A stretch of DNA of 64,000 bases from the human T2T-CHM13v2.0 reference genome, Homo sapiens, in NCBI RefSeq assembly GCF_009914755.1, contig NC_060936.1; one strand, written 5' to 3'. Each line of letters begins with the position of its first letter. Positions within the stretch are counted from its first letter, which is position 1. Position numbers and translations under genes: made by a program. The notes under the pieces are model-generated. The model was given only the letters and a program-made list of their open reading frames with translations, was not told the DNA's origin and made no database searches. Positions 31,139 through 48,930 of the stretch are shown one piece after another.

Positions 31139-31812
31139 TGACAATAGCTCAGTTAGTGAGCAATAGAAAATAATGGAAAGACTCACACACAGTCAGCCCA
31201 CAAATTCCTGCAACACCAGAGGCAGACAGGTTATAGGATACTGGGTTCCCTTATGTTCCTAAGTCATCTTATTGTGTGTCTTATTTTCCACTTGAGGCTG
31301 TTCTTTGTGGTAATTTTAATATGACTTATCTTGCCTTAAACATTTAGAGTTGGAAGGAAGGGACAGAATGTATTTTGCCCTGGGCCCTCACCTGCTGGGG
31401 AGGACTACTAGCCACAAACCCTCCCTAAAGATAACTGTGAGCACAGGGTAAGCATGCATTCCAAGCGTGACTTAATGAGAACTCTGTAATGTACCAAGAA
31501 ATAAAAAGATAAGCATAGACTGACACAAAGATCAAAAGGGCAGATGAACTGTCAACTTCCAAATCAGTTTTTCCTCCAAAACATATGTTTAAAAATCTTT
31601 ACTGGTAACAAGCCTGAAGGATTTTGATTTTGTGATCTCATATGTAAGCTTATCACCAACTCTGAAGGCTTAGGTCTGCTGGCATGGGTTCCATCCTTCC
31701 TTAGTGAATAAAGTACCACTTGTTGAATTGCCTCTATTGGTTCCTGGAGTGCCTCTGAGTTCTTGGAGGTCTCTGGAATTCAAGAGTCTGTTCAGTCCAA
31801 TACAGCTTAGGG

Positions 31813-32196
31813 CAGGGGACCCCAACCACTGGGCCATGGACCAGTACTGGTTCACAGCCTGTTAGGAACCGAGAAGCACAGCAGGAGCCGAGCAGCACAG
31901 CAGGAGGTGTACAGCAGGCAAGTGAGCAAAGCTCACCTGTATTTACAACTGCTCCCTAATGCACACATTACCACCTGAGCTCTGCCTCCTGTCGGATCAG
32001 CAGTGGCATTAGATTCTCATAGGAATATGAACTTTATTGTGAACTGTGCATGTGAGGGATCTGGGCTGCATCTAAGTTGCATGCTCCTTAGGAGAATCTA
32101 ATGACTGATGAAACCATCCCCCCATCCTGCTCCCATCTGTGGAAGAATTATCTTCCACAGAACCGATCACTGGTGCAAAAAGGCTGGGAACCTCTA
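31813..32196 (+). mobile_element. MER1B
   Basis: caggggaccccaacc...aaaaggctgggaacctcta; TSD gcttaggg/gtttaggg. Confidence 0.85.
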
Positions 32197-32294
32197 GTTT
32201 AGGGAATTAAAAAATGGCCCAAGACAAGTAAGTTGTAGAGCCATGTGAGAAAACATTTTAAATGGTCCATTTTCAAGGCATGATAAATCTAAGT

Positions 32295-32510
32295 ACATGG
32301 TGAAACCCCATCTCTACTAAAAACACAAAAATTAGTCAGGTGTGGTGGCTCACGCCTGTAGTCCCAGCTACTCAGGAGGCTGAGGCATGAGAATCACTCA
32401 AACCCAGAGGCAGAGGTTGCAATGAGCTGAGATCACGCCACTGCACTCCAGCCTGGGCAACAGATTGACGCTTGGTCTCAAAAAACAAACAAACAAACAA
32501 ACAAAAACCA
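32295..32510 (+). mobile_element. Alu missing its 5' third
   Basis: Starts at acatggtgaaacccc, fused to a short LTR-like 5' end (32244-32296). Confidence 0.85.
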
Positions 32511-32890
32511 GAAATACCATTGGAGAGAATGTTTCCAAGTCCTCAGGACAGGCTGAACTGATAAAGTGGAGGTTGAGAAAAAAAATTTGAGGTGAGACTC
32601 GCCCTGCCCATCTCATGGAATTTCTGTAGGCCAGATCCTGTCGGTTCTGACCAAAGTGTGGCCAACCAAACTTGGAGCTGGGGGAAACTGGGAAAGCTGA
32701 GACATTCCCTAGGGCAAACAGATACCAGTTGCTCAAGGTAGAAGAACTAAGGGTCAAAATGGACCAGGGTCCACTCAAGAAGATGGGCTGTGGAGGTACT
32801 GAAGACAGCAGACAGAAACGATCAGTGGGGGTATGGTATTAGCGTTTTCCTGAGAAGCAGAACCAATAGGAGATAGAGAGAAATGAGGAG

Positions 32891-33875
<985 letters not shown>

Positions 33876-34295
33876 CTATTTGGCCCTCAAAACATTGGAT
33901 GATGCCACCCACACAGGGGAGAGTGGATCTGCTTTACTCAGTCTACTGAGTCAAATGCTAATCTCTTCCAGAAACACCCTCACAAACACACCCAGGAATA
34001 ACGTTTACCAGCTACCTGGGCATCCCTTAGCCCAGTCAAGTTGACACCTAACATTAACCATCACAGACATGGAAAGTGGCAAACCCTGGAGATCTGCAGG
34101 ATATGTCAGAATCCAAAACCTCAGCAAGGTTGGTAAAAGAGGGCAGAGGCAAAGAGAATCAGACTTAAGTATTGCCAGAGAGCTCATCAATTTTCTGCTT
34201 TAGATCTCAGGGCAGGAAAGGCCCAGGGCTTGTGAAATATTTGGAGCCTGTAAAAATATCTGGGACCTTGAAAAACAGTATTGCTCTAAAATACA

Positions 34296-34510
34296 GCTCA
34301 AGACCAGCCTGGGCAACATGGCAAAAACCACCATCTCTACAAAAAGTACAAAAATTAGCTGGGCGTGGTAGCTTGCACTTGTCCCAGCTACTCAGGAGGC
34401 TGAGGTGGAAGGATTGCTGGTCTGGGAGGCAGAGGTTGCAGTGAGCTGAGATCACACCACTGCCCTCTAGCCTGGGTGACAGAGCTGTCTCAAAAAAAAA
34501 AAAATTAATA
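34296..34510 (+). mobile_element. 5'-truncated Alu
   Basis: Begins gctcaagaccagcctggg. Confidence 0.85.
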
Positions 34511-34654
34511 AAATATAAAGAGAAAATTTCAAAATATAAGTTAATAAATGTGAAACAAGTGTGTATAAAGCACTTCATTCTTGTCAACTTCATTAATTGT
34601 TCAATATTGCATTCATAAAAATTTCCTTATATTGGGAAATAAATTGCAAATTAG

Positions 34655-35215
<561 letters not shown>

Positions 35216-35579
35216 TTCTCACTTGGAAAGATTCCAAAACATGAACTGATATGTAAGAAATCATAACCAAATTAAATGAGTTATTCAAACATAAGTAATT
35301 TTAAAAGCAAAATTATACTCTTTCCAAAGAATTTCTTATATTTTATCAATGAAAATTTCAAGCAAATACAGATGTAAAAATAAAGATGCAAAGAGAGGCT
35401 GGGCGCAGTGGCTCATGCCTGTAATCCCAGCAGTTACAGTTGATGTGTAATATAGCCGGTGCTATTTTAATGTTTGCTACAATAGGTAGGCAAGCTGAAA
35501 AAGCTCCGAAAAAGCCAAGCAAGCTGCTTTTATCTTCCGACCCAGACAAAATCCCTCTCCAAACTGGGCCAGTTTAAGG

Positions 35580-36320
35580 TCAATAAGTGATTGCAATCAG
35601 CTGGCTCAAGTGGGTGCTTCCTGGAATGGCGAAGCTATGCAGTTTTGCCAGAAGTCGTTGCTGTGAGCATCAGGGTTCAGAGTTGAGTCTTCAACACCAG
35701 ACCTCTGCGATGGGCTTCCGGATTCGAGGCCCCGTCCCTTTCTCAGAAGGTAAGGCTTGCGTCAGGTGAACCACATTGGTCGTTTGGCTCTAACAATAAC
35801 GGCGCCTTAGAATGAACACTTCAGCCTCGTTTTGTCTCTTTACACTCATAATAACCCCTTGCAGAGTAAGGAAGGCGAGTGACTTCTAGTCCTGGAGACG
35901 GGGCCTGCAAGAGCCAGAGGTCAGTGCTCCTGGAGGGGAGCAGGGGGCGGGGACAGGGCAGGCGGAGGGCGGAGCTAGGGGGGAAGGGCGGGGCCTGTGG
36001 AAAGGGGGCGGGGCCCAAGGGCTGGAGGCTGGCCGGCTGGGGTGCGGCGGTGGACCTGCAGGTCTCCCCAGTCACCTGAGCCCAACCAGCGCAGCAGAGA
36101 CTCTTTCTGCAGCAAAAAGATCCCTCCAACCAAGTCAACTTGTTCTTCCTTCCCTCACGGTCTCCATAACCCCAGCCAAGAAGGAGGCGACGCCATGGAG
36201 TGGAAGAGTAAGGAAGGCAGAAGGGAAGGGCCAGAGGAGGCCCAGTGGGTGGAATAGGCTGGAATACTCGGTCTTCTTCCACACGTACTCTTAGGCTGCT
36301 CCTCTGCAACCAGGCCTCTC
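35580..36320. promoter_or_regulatory. Orphan promoter/enhancer-like element with four GC boxes and a CCAAT box
   Basis: Non-repeat, CpG-enriched segment; GC boxes at 35944, 35967, 35986 and 36005; ATTGG at 35775-35779. Confidence 0.55.
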
Positions 36321-36404
36321 TGGGAGATCTTGTCTTCTACAAAATGTGTGCCGTGCCTTGTTACTAAGTCTGATTAATTTGCTGTAATTGGGAATTAAAT
36401 TAAC

Positions 36405-37700
<1,296 letters not shown>

Positions 37701-37757
37701 TGTACAATTTTTTTGATTTACTTGCTTTTGATGTTTATTTAAAAGTATATTGCCCCA

Positions 37758-38128
<371 letters not shown>

Positions 38129-38529
38129 TTAGGGATGGAGAAAGGAAGAACATAGTAATTTTCCCTTGAGGGAAGCCTTTTTCAGTGGTTCTCTCCTCAT
38201 GTCTCTTAAGGTAGACAAAGGGCACAACATAAGTGGTCACTGATATGTACCAACTGTTCTATACCAAAAATAATAATAATAAAATAAATGATCATTGATA
38301 GAGGCACAAAGATTAGGGCACATCCCTCTATAGAATGCTATGTGGCCATGAAAAAGACTGAGGTAGATCTATATGTACTGATATGGAAAAATGTATTAAT
38401 ACATAATATATTGATGACTACAAAGTAAATGAAGTTGCAAAGTATGAATGTTTGTAAATGTGTTGGAAAATTTCATAGTAAATGTTATCAGAGGTTTCTT
38501 CTGGGAAGTGGGGTTGGAGAGTAACTATA

Positions 38530-39915
38530 TCAGTGACAAAGCTTTCTGTTGCCAGTAAAAAAAAAAAAAAACAAAAAAAAAAAACCCACTCAGCCGGGGT
38601 TTAATATACAATAAGAAAGTGTCTTATCTTGCAAAATAAGAAGTCCATGGAAACAGGGACCCTGGGGTTGGTGAACACAGCAGCTCTTCTTTCCATCTTT
38701 CTGCTTTCCATGTACTTCTACGCAAAGTTCAGCAATGCTGTTGTGGAGTCCTCTAGCCAAAGTCACCTGTCAAAGGAGTCCCATATCTGCTCAGTAATGA
38801 GGCTTTGTTCTCAGGTGGCTCCTGTTGTGAGGGGTAGGTGCAGAGGTTTCAGGAGTCACCTCCAAACTTAACAGCATTCATAGCAGAGAAAGCATTGTGC
38901 TAATCTAGGTCCTATGAAAAGCAGACACCAAAACAGGATTAAATGTGCTAGAAATTTATTAGGGGAAATGCCTTTAAGAGAAATTGAGGAGGGAGGTGAT
39001 GGAGGCTGGGAGAGCCATCAGAGATTGATGAAGGTCTGAACACAAGAGGAGAGGAGGAAGTTAGGGTGGAAGGTTGGAGGAAAGTGTCTTAGCCATGTAC
39101 TTCTAAGGAAAATTCAGCAATGCTGTTGCTGAGTTCTCTAGCCAAAGTCACCTGTCAGAGGAGTCCCACATCTCTCAGAAACAAGCTGTCTTAATATCCC
39201 TGACACACTCTGTCACTGGCTGGAAGCAGCCGCTGAGAATTGTGGCCTCAGATGTTCAGACACTACAGCAGCCATCCATCAGCAGTGCTCCCAGCAGCTG
39301 GAGATCTGAGAGGACATTCTCATGGCGTTCATGGGCATTCTTTTTTTTTTTTTTTTTTTTGAGAAGGAATCTTGCTCTGTCGCTGGGGCTGGGGGAGTGC
39401 AGTGGCGCGATCTCAGCTCACTGCAACCTCTGCCTCCCAGGTTCAAGCAATTCTCTGCCCCAGCCTCCCAAGTAGCTGGGATTACAGGGACACGCCACCA
39501 CGCCCAGCTAATTTTTTTGTATTTTTAGTAGAGATGGGGTTTCGCCATATTGGCCAGGCTGGTCTTGAATTCCTCACCTCGTGATCCACCTGCCTCGGCC
39601 TCCCAAAGGGCTGGGATTACAGGCGTGAGTCCCTGCGCCCGGCCATTGCATTCTTGTTTTTTAAGAACAATTGCCCTAGCTAACGCCCCCTATTTGTCAC
39701 ATATCCTGATTTAAACCAATTACTAGCAAGGGGAAGTGAGACCAATCAGGACCACAGGACCACACTTTCAGTCTCAGCTAGTGCCCACCTCCCCAGAAGC
39801 ATGTGGCTGTTGTGGCTGTTGAGGGGAAGGTGGGAAACTGCAAAAAACCTGGGTTCTGTTAGGAATAAGGAAGTGGTGGATGAATGTCAGGTAAGTAAGC
39901 AACAGGGCCTACTAC
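38530..39915 (-). mobile_element. Old MLT1-type LTR hosting an ERVL LTR (~38896-39333) and an Alu (39340-39644)
   Basis: tcagtgacaaagctttctgttgccagt...; nested aagcagacaccaaaacaggattaaatgtgctagaaatttattagggg. Confidence 0.55.
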
Positions 39916-39962
39916 AGTGATGGAGGGACCTTTTGAACCTGTATGTTTCTGTATAATTTGGA

Positions 39963-40269
39963 TTTTTTATTTTTTATTTTTATTTTTTAGACAGAGTCTT
40001 GCTCTGTCGCCCAGGCTGGAGTGCAATGGCACAATCTCGGCTCACTGCAACCCCCGCCACCCTGGTTCAAGTGATTCTCCCACCTCAGCCTCCTGAGTAG
40101 CTGGGATTACAGGCACACGCCACCAAGACCAGCTAATTTTTGTATTTTCAGTAGAGTCGGGGTTTCACCATGTTGGTCAGACTGGTCTTGAACTCCTGAC
40201 CTCAGGTGATCCACCCGCCTCGGTCTCCCAAAGTGCTAGGATTACAGGCATGAGCCACCGTGCCTGGCC
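39963..40269 (-). mobile_element. Alu (Sx-like)
   Basis: TSD ataatttgga. Confidence 0.93.
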
Positions 40270-41079
40270 ATAATTTGGATTTTTATGAGCATATATTATT
40301 TGTATAATAGTAGTTTTTCCAGTTAGGGATGTTAAAAGAGTGGAACTTGGCAGAACAGTATTCAATTCCATCACTAAGATTTATAATCTGTAGTCGTGGG
40401 CCCATAACATAACATCTTCAAGTCTTTATTATTAAGAAGTTTAAAGTGATTCTCAGGCTGGAAAAAGGAAAACACAAAAAACATTAAAGAGATGTGGGTT
40501 TCTCTTGCGTCCTGGGAAAAAATTATTTTCTATCTATAAAAAGTCTGAAATGTGTTAGATTACACAACTTTAGGTTTATTGTGTTCATATTTTGAAGAAA
40601 TGGAAAAAAATGGTTTTTTCTGTTCCTTTTCTGTAAGCACATTACAGAAAGTCACAATAATTTATTTTTAACAGGTTGAGCAAATTGTTCTTTTAGTTTC
40701 TTTCAACTCTGTTGGTTGAAATGATAGAACAACATATTTCCCAGCAAGTTATGAGGGTGGATTATGAGATTATGCAGTTATTTTGAAAATGATCAGTTTA
40801 GTTCTCCTTATTCATACAATTATATGTAATCTTGGGTCTTAACTACTTAAATATGAATCAAAGCCCAATATCTTAATGTCACTTTAAAAGCTGAAAAAAG
40901 ATTCTTGGTAACAAAACTATAAACTTGGGGAACTATCATTAATTAGTGGATTTAAGTTTGGGTATTTTCCAAGAGATACAGGTAGTTGCAGAATGAGGTG
41001 GTCTTCAGTGTCAAGTAACATATAGTTGACTGGCAAGTGCCCTCAGTGCCCTCCCCAGGTGAAAAGTGATGTGAAGTCC

Positions 41080-41370
41080 CCCTCAGAACCCAACCTTACC
41101 TTGACCACTCATTTTAGGAAGTTCCCTGCCCCCTATCCCATCACTTCTTTTCATTGCACCCAGAATCAATTGCCTTCATACACTTAATACAGTTCATTCA
41201 TTTTACTTAGATATACATTTGTTTGTTGTCTGTCTCCTATACAGTATATAGAAAGCTGCATGGTGAAATGAATGGTGTCTGTTCCACTTCACAGTTTATA
41301 CCCAGCATCTAACTCAGGACTTGGCACATCACAGGAGCCTAATAAATATCTGTTGAAAAGTGAACGAAAT
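41080..41370 (+). mobile_element. L2 3' fragment
   Basis: ttgttgtctgtctcc...cttggcacatcacaggagcctaataaatatctgttgaa. Confidence 0.6.
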
Positions 41371-42359
41371 AAAAGCTACACTTACGCAACAAGACCTCCT
41401 GACATTGTTTTCCAGCAGCCAGCATCTTCTGTTCTGAGAATGTGGTGAACTTTCCTGTATCTTAATGGATGATTCATTCTGTGGCCAATTGGCCGGGGGA
41501 GGGCAGTAGCTCCTTGTTTCAAGCTCCTGCCTCCCTGTGCCTCTTCTGTTTATCATTTCTGCCCTGATCTGTTGGCAGTGGCCAAACCCCATGGACTCTC
41601 CCTGGGTTTTGCCTCCAGAATCCCACCCTCCTGTTACAGCCCTGGTGGCCTTCGAAGTTTCTTGCCAGGATTCCCACCCTGACCTCCTCACTGGGCTGCT
41701 TGCCAGCAGTCTTGCCCAATTCCACCCCCATGTTCCCCTCAACTGCCAGAGATAGTATCGTTAAGATATTTGAAAAATTGACTCTAGAGTCTAAAGACTC
41801 CCCTGCTCTTCAAAACCCAGAGATAAGATCAAGTCCAAACATTTTGGCGTGAGGTTCAAGGCATTTCACAATCTGCCTGGAGGTCCCTCTCCCAGCTCCT
41901 CTCTAATTACCCAGCCCACTTCCTCCCAGCCTGGGTTCCAGCCACAGAGAACCTTCTGGCATTCAGTGAATGCGTCTGACAGCCAGAATGCCAGCATTTG
42001 GTGCCAGCTATGCCTTTTGCCTGGCCTGGCTTTGCCTCCCCTCCTTCACCTTGAAATTCTCCTTCTCATCATCCATCTGACCTGACTTGAAATTATGCTC
42101 TCAGGAAGGGAGGCCTGCCCAGCCTGGGTTATTCGTATCTCTACTAAAGCTCTCATCACTTCATGCCATAAGTCCGCAGTCTCAGCCTCTGCTGCTATGG
42201 TTTCCAGCACCAAGGAGACTTACTAGAAGAGATGAAGGAAGAAAAGAAGAAATTGAAAATGAAAAAAAAAAATGAAGTCTATGCCACCCTACCCCAACTT
42301 CTTATTTTCTTCTGCTTCTCTCTTCCATTGACTAGTTACTTTGAAAGGCCTTTTATGGG

Positions 42360-43163
<804 letters not shown>

Positions 43164-43223
43164 TAAAAATACTTCATTATGATCTCCACTTTACTCAGAG
43201 AGGGTGTGGGTTAGATATAAAAA

Positions 43224-43622
43224 TGTGTTAGGCCATTCTTGCATTGCTATAAATACCTGAGACTGGGCAATTTATAAGAAAACAGGTTTAATTGGCTCAG
43301 AGTTCTTCAGGCTGTACAGGAAGCATAGTGGCATCTGCCTCTCGGGATGCGCTAAGGAGATTTTACTCAAGATGGAAGGCAAAGTGGGAGCAGGCATGTC
43401 CCACGGCGAAAGCAGGAGCAAGGGGTGGAGAGGTGCCACACACTTTTAAACCACCAGATCGCGTGTCAACTCAGAGCGAAAGGTCACTCATCACCAAGGG
43501 GATGGCCGAAGCCATTCATGAGGCCCCCATGTTCCAAATTCCTCCCCACAGGCCCACCTATAACATTGAGGATTACCTTTCAACATGAGATTTGGTTGGG
43601 GACAAATATCCAAACTATATCA
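43224..43622 (-). mobile_element. MST (MSTB-like) solo LTR
   Basis: tgtgttaggccattcttgcattgctataa...ggggacaaatatccaaactatatca. Confidence 0.88.
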
Positions 43623-45038
43623 GTTAGTGAACCCAGGGCTCATTTTCTGGGTACTAAAGTCAACGGCAAATCCACTTTTTTTTCCTCCACTGATTTCAAT
43701 GAACCATTGAGTTCATTCTCATTAATGCTCAGAAGAACCTGAAATAGAATACTTACTCCTAGACCCTCTGTCAAAGCCTATCTCTGGCACAAAAGTAGTT
43801 TCATGGCTACTGAATAGAAATAATATGGAACTCGAGAAAGGCCTCACACATTTTGGGGGGCCACTTTGTGCTTAAGAAGATGAAAAGAGAGAAGCCCAAT
43901 ACATGATAGGACTTTAAGATCTCTCTATATACAGGACTTCTAACTACTTTTTTTTTTTTAAAGAGGGGAATTCCTCTATTTAGAAGTTTTTAGGGCAAAG
44001 CAAAATTAGAGGTCATTTTTGGAAAGGGAAATTGTAGAAGAGGCAGACTTGATAAGAATAAAAGAGTACAAAAAAAGCTGCTTTTAAATCATCATTGGCA
44101 GTTTTAAAAAGTTGATGAACTCCTGGGGTGATGTAGAGAGAGGAGCGTGGGTAAAATATCTGCAAAAATAAAATCAGCTGGATCCTCTCACTTCAGAACA
44201 ATTTCTCTAAAGGATCCACGAGAAGCTGTCCTTAAATGGGGGTGCCCGGGAGTCCTGACGAAAGATGAGCTGTATGTAGCTGTCTCGTTGGCCTTCCTTT
44301 CTTTTGCCCTGTGGCTCCTTGAGATCACTGCCAAGTCTGGGTAAATAGAACATGCATTCCTTCTTTCATTTACTTATGCATTTGAGACACAGTTACTGAG
44401 CAGCTCTCAAGGGTTAGACATTGAAGGGCATCAGTGAAGCTAGATTGCAAGATGCCTGCCTCAGCTCTCCACTCTTCACCATTGCTAGGATGAACCATTC
44501 AACAAATATTCCCGATAATGCATATTTTTTGCTAAGCCCTATATTAGGCACTGGGATACCATTGAACCAGTCATCCCTGCCCTGCAGTAATGGCGGCAGT
44601 TAGACAGGGTTTGATTCTTAAAGAAGACTCATAGGACCCAAAATGACAATGTTGCAGGGAAAGGATACAATCACACAACAGCATAAAGTAAGGCAATGTA
44701 TAGGAAGTAGCCAAAGACTGCATCACAGCAAAGGGTCTGGAGAGGCCAGATGCAGGCTCCAATCCTACTCTTTCTGCAAGGCTGAATGGATGCACTTTCT
44801 CTTTTAGATCAGGAATCACTAACGTGTGCACTGAACACCTTGCAACCAGGGTGTCCGAAAGGGAGGACAGGCTGAATTTCTTATCCCCTGCTGGTCACAT
44901 AGGTATATTCTTGCTATGTAACTGCCCCAGTGGCAGAGCTCCCCAGGGGTCTCACTGAGACCAAGTGCAAATTACCAATCTCACAGTTATCATTAAAGTC
45001 TCACAATTTTCAGCAAACTGTCCTGAAACTTGCCTTGA

Positions 45039-45860
<822 letters not shown>

Positions 45861-45932
45861 ATCACTGTTGTCTATAATTGTTTTACTTATCCACCCTTCT
45901 CTGTAGATTAGTGGCTTGTTGAGGACAGGATA

Positions 45933-46414
45933 TGTAGGGTCCTCCAGCGTCTCCCTACCCGCTTTCTTTCTCAGCCTGCCTGAGAGTGCCTTTGGCCTCT
46001 CTGCGACCCAGCCAGCTGCATGTTTTCCCTGCAGGCTTGAACCCAAGCCAAGGCCTTGAACATTCCCAGGCACTGATGAAGTTGCCTAGTTTGGTTTAGG
46101 TTGTTGCTCAAGACACTGACCTGAGCCAAATTCTTTAAACCCTCATATAAACTCCACATTCTGACCCCGTCATGGTGGACACACCTAGGTAGAACATTGC
46201 TTTCTCTCTTGACCACTGGGGGATACATGGCAGCCCACTCTGTAAGTCTGTCCCACTAATAAACACTTTGGACTGATCATCCTTGTGTTTAGTGCTTCTT
46301 TCTCTAGAATCCCATCCAGCCCCATCTCAAGACCATTTGGGGCTCTCTCTTGTGGGAACTTCCCTGCCACTGCTTTGGGGGCAACTCCAGCCACAAGTTT
46401 GGTTGGAAGGAACA
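45933..46414 (+). mobile_element. ERVL-type solo LTR (LTR47/MER54-like)
   Basis: TG...CA ends with internal catataaac TATA and aataaa; subfamily uncertain. Confidence 0.65.
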
Positions 46415-46976
46415 ATGTCTTTTATTTCTGATTCCTAGTTATCTATCACAGTTCCCTGCAGACATAAGCCATTCAATGAGTAAATGATTCTAGTGAATTG
46501 CTTTCTAGCGAAATGTATGCAGGTAGATGCCATGCAGGTCAAAGGTGGCATCAACACCAGCTGGCTGCTCATGGCATGTCCTCCTCAGGCCCAGCTGCAC
46601 TCTCCACTGCAAATTCCATGAGATATATCTATATCTTTACAATAATTTTCCCACCCGTCCCCCCATTAAGCCACTTCAAATAGGTTCCTGTTGTTTGCAA
46701 CTGGAAATGTCCTAAGCAAAACATTACCTCATAGCCTTATTGAATTGGATCATTGTATTGATTTGTGCATCTCGCTGTAAATTTTATCTTAAAAAAAACA
46801 CAGGAGAAAAATTACCCCATGGGGTTGCCAGGAGGCAGACATGAGATAATGCTTGCACAATGCTGTGTCAGTCAGGAATATTTTGGAAACAAGTGACCTA
46901 AACACAAAACACAAACCAGGTTAAGTAAAAAATGGAATGCACAGGCTCACAGAACTGGAAAACCTAGAGGTAGGTC

Positions 46977-48400
46977 TGTGTGTTTGTTCTCTATTGCTGC
47001 ATACCAAATTGCCGTAGCACCAATTTAGCAGCTCACACCACCACCCACGTATTGTCTCACAGTTCAAGACTGAAATCTTGGGGTCAGCTGGGCTGAGTTC
47101 TCATCTGGAGGCTCTGTGGATAATCTGCTTTCAACCCCATTCTTCTTGTTGGCAGCATTCAGTTGCTCGCAGTTGTAGGACTGAAGTCCCATTTCCTCCC
47201 CAGCTGTGCTGCTCTCAGTTCCTAGAGGTTACCCATGGTTCCTTCCCATGTCCCTGCCACAGGCAGATCACAGCATGAATGTTTGTTTTCTTCCAGATTA
47301 ATTAGAGCGTCTCTCTCTGACTTCCTCTTCTCACCTCAGATGATGAGGCACCCAGATCATCTCCCAATCCTACCCACAACTGATTTTAGGCCTTCATAAT
47401 GAAACTGGAGAGTTTCCTTGACCCCTTTGCAGGACTTGCAACAGGGGTGGCTAATTTACTCTGCTGTCACGCTCAACCCTTTATGGAAGGGAGCACATGA
47501 GCAGGATGGGTACGGGAACCAGAGCAAAAGAATGCTGGAACCTCCAGCAGCTTCTCTCCCATGGGAGCAAGCCCTGTGTGGGCCCTGCGGCAGCATCCCA
47601 AGAGTGTTACAATGCTCTTTTAGCTCTGCTGTCCTGGTGAGGGGGGTGCCTGTTATACCCCTGAGCCCCAGAAGGCATGTTACCAGCTCAGTGGGCCTTT
47701 TGTCTCATTGTGTGGGGTGGCTGCCCTCTGCCAGCAAGGGCAAAGGGCCGGTGTGACAGCCTTTTTGGGATCCTGCACCCAGTGCATCCCAAATTCTTGT
47801 CCCATGCCCAAGAGGAATGAGGTCACCCAGACTTGAAGGATGGCAAATGTAGAGATTTTACTGAGCAGTGGAGGTAGCTCTCAGCAGGATGGGAGCTGGG
47901 AAGGGGATGGAGTGGGAAGGTGGTCTTCCCTAATGGCGGAACTCCTCTCCACCGTCCCACCCGAACTTCTCTCCACCATCCCATCCAAACTCCTCTCCAA
48001 CCAGAGTCTCCAATGTCCAGCTGCTTCTTCTTCTCTCCACGTTCAGATGCTTCTGTCCTTGTCCTTCTCTGCCGTGCTGCTCTGCTCCTCTGCCAGTGGA
48101 GCTTGGAGTTTTTATGGGCATATGATGGGGGTGTGGGGGGCAACATTTGGGCAGGAAAACAGAGATATGAAGTTCTCATTTAGGGCCTCAGGTCCAGGCT
48201 TGAGGGTGGAACCCTCACCAGGGACCCCACCCTTTTCTACCTCGTATTTCCCTGCCTCCTGTTCATATCAATAGCATCAGTAAAATCTCTCCACAGCAGC
48301 ACTTAGAGTTTTAGTGTTTGAATAACGGCTAGAAGGTGTGTGTAAACCAGGAACTGAGAATCTTGGGAGGGCCATCTTAGAATTCTTCCCACCACAGGCT
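46977..48400 (-). mobile_element. MLT1-type LTR split by a younger LTR
   Basis: ctattgctgcatacc...tctcacagttc...agttgtaggactgaagtccc; resumes at 48271 to ...ggccatcttagaattcttcccaccaca. Confidence 0.7.
47400..48270 (-). mobile_element. MER52/LTR27/LTR28-family ERV1 solo LTR
   Basis: Minus strand starts tgatatgaacaggaggcagggaaatac...ccaccctcaagcctgg; TSD ataa/atag; three ~24-bp internal repeats at 47940-48005. Confidence 0.8.
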
Positions 48401-48704
48401 GACTTCAGGCATGGCTGGATCCAGGGGCTCAGAATTGGTGGGGGAGGGGCATTATTCCAGCAGCTTCATCTTGCCTACTTGGGTGCACTTGAGGCACAGT
48501 GCTTATTCTCTCACCAACCCTGTTAGAAAGGCATGTCTTTCCTGATTACCATTATGGGATTGACTGTGGGCCAACTTGAGCTGATGCCCATCTTTGAACT
48601 ACACTGTAGTCAGAGGGTGCAAATGCTCTGGTTGTCCAGGTCTGAGTTATGTGCCCTTTCTTAAACCTGGAGACTTGTATTGGTTTGGCATAAACCATAT
48701 AGAA

Positions 48705-48930
48705 CAGTAGTTTTCAAGAGGAAGGGGGGTGATTTTGAACCTTAGGAGACATTTGGCAATATCTAGAGTAATTCTTAGTTGTCATAAAACTGGGGGATAG
48801 GGATGTTACCAGCATTTCATGGGTAGAGGCCAGGGGTGCTGCCATTTATCCTACAAAGCACATGACAGTCCCCCACAACAAAGAATTGCCTGATCCCAAA
48901 TGTTAATAGTGTCAAGGTTGCAAAACCCTG
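48705..48930. mobile_element. MER20 (hAT-Charlie)
   Basis: cagtagttttcaa...ggagacatttggcaatatctagag...gggtagaggccagggg...aatagtgtcaaggttgcaaaaccctg. Confidence 0.85.

Noticed and set aside
47940-48005. Three ~24-bp direct repeats resembling a small array
   Set aside because: Tandem repeats internal to the MER52/LTR27-type LTR with no unique spacers; not CRISPR-like
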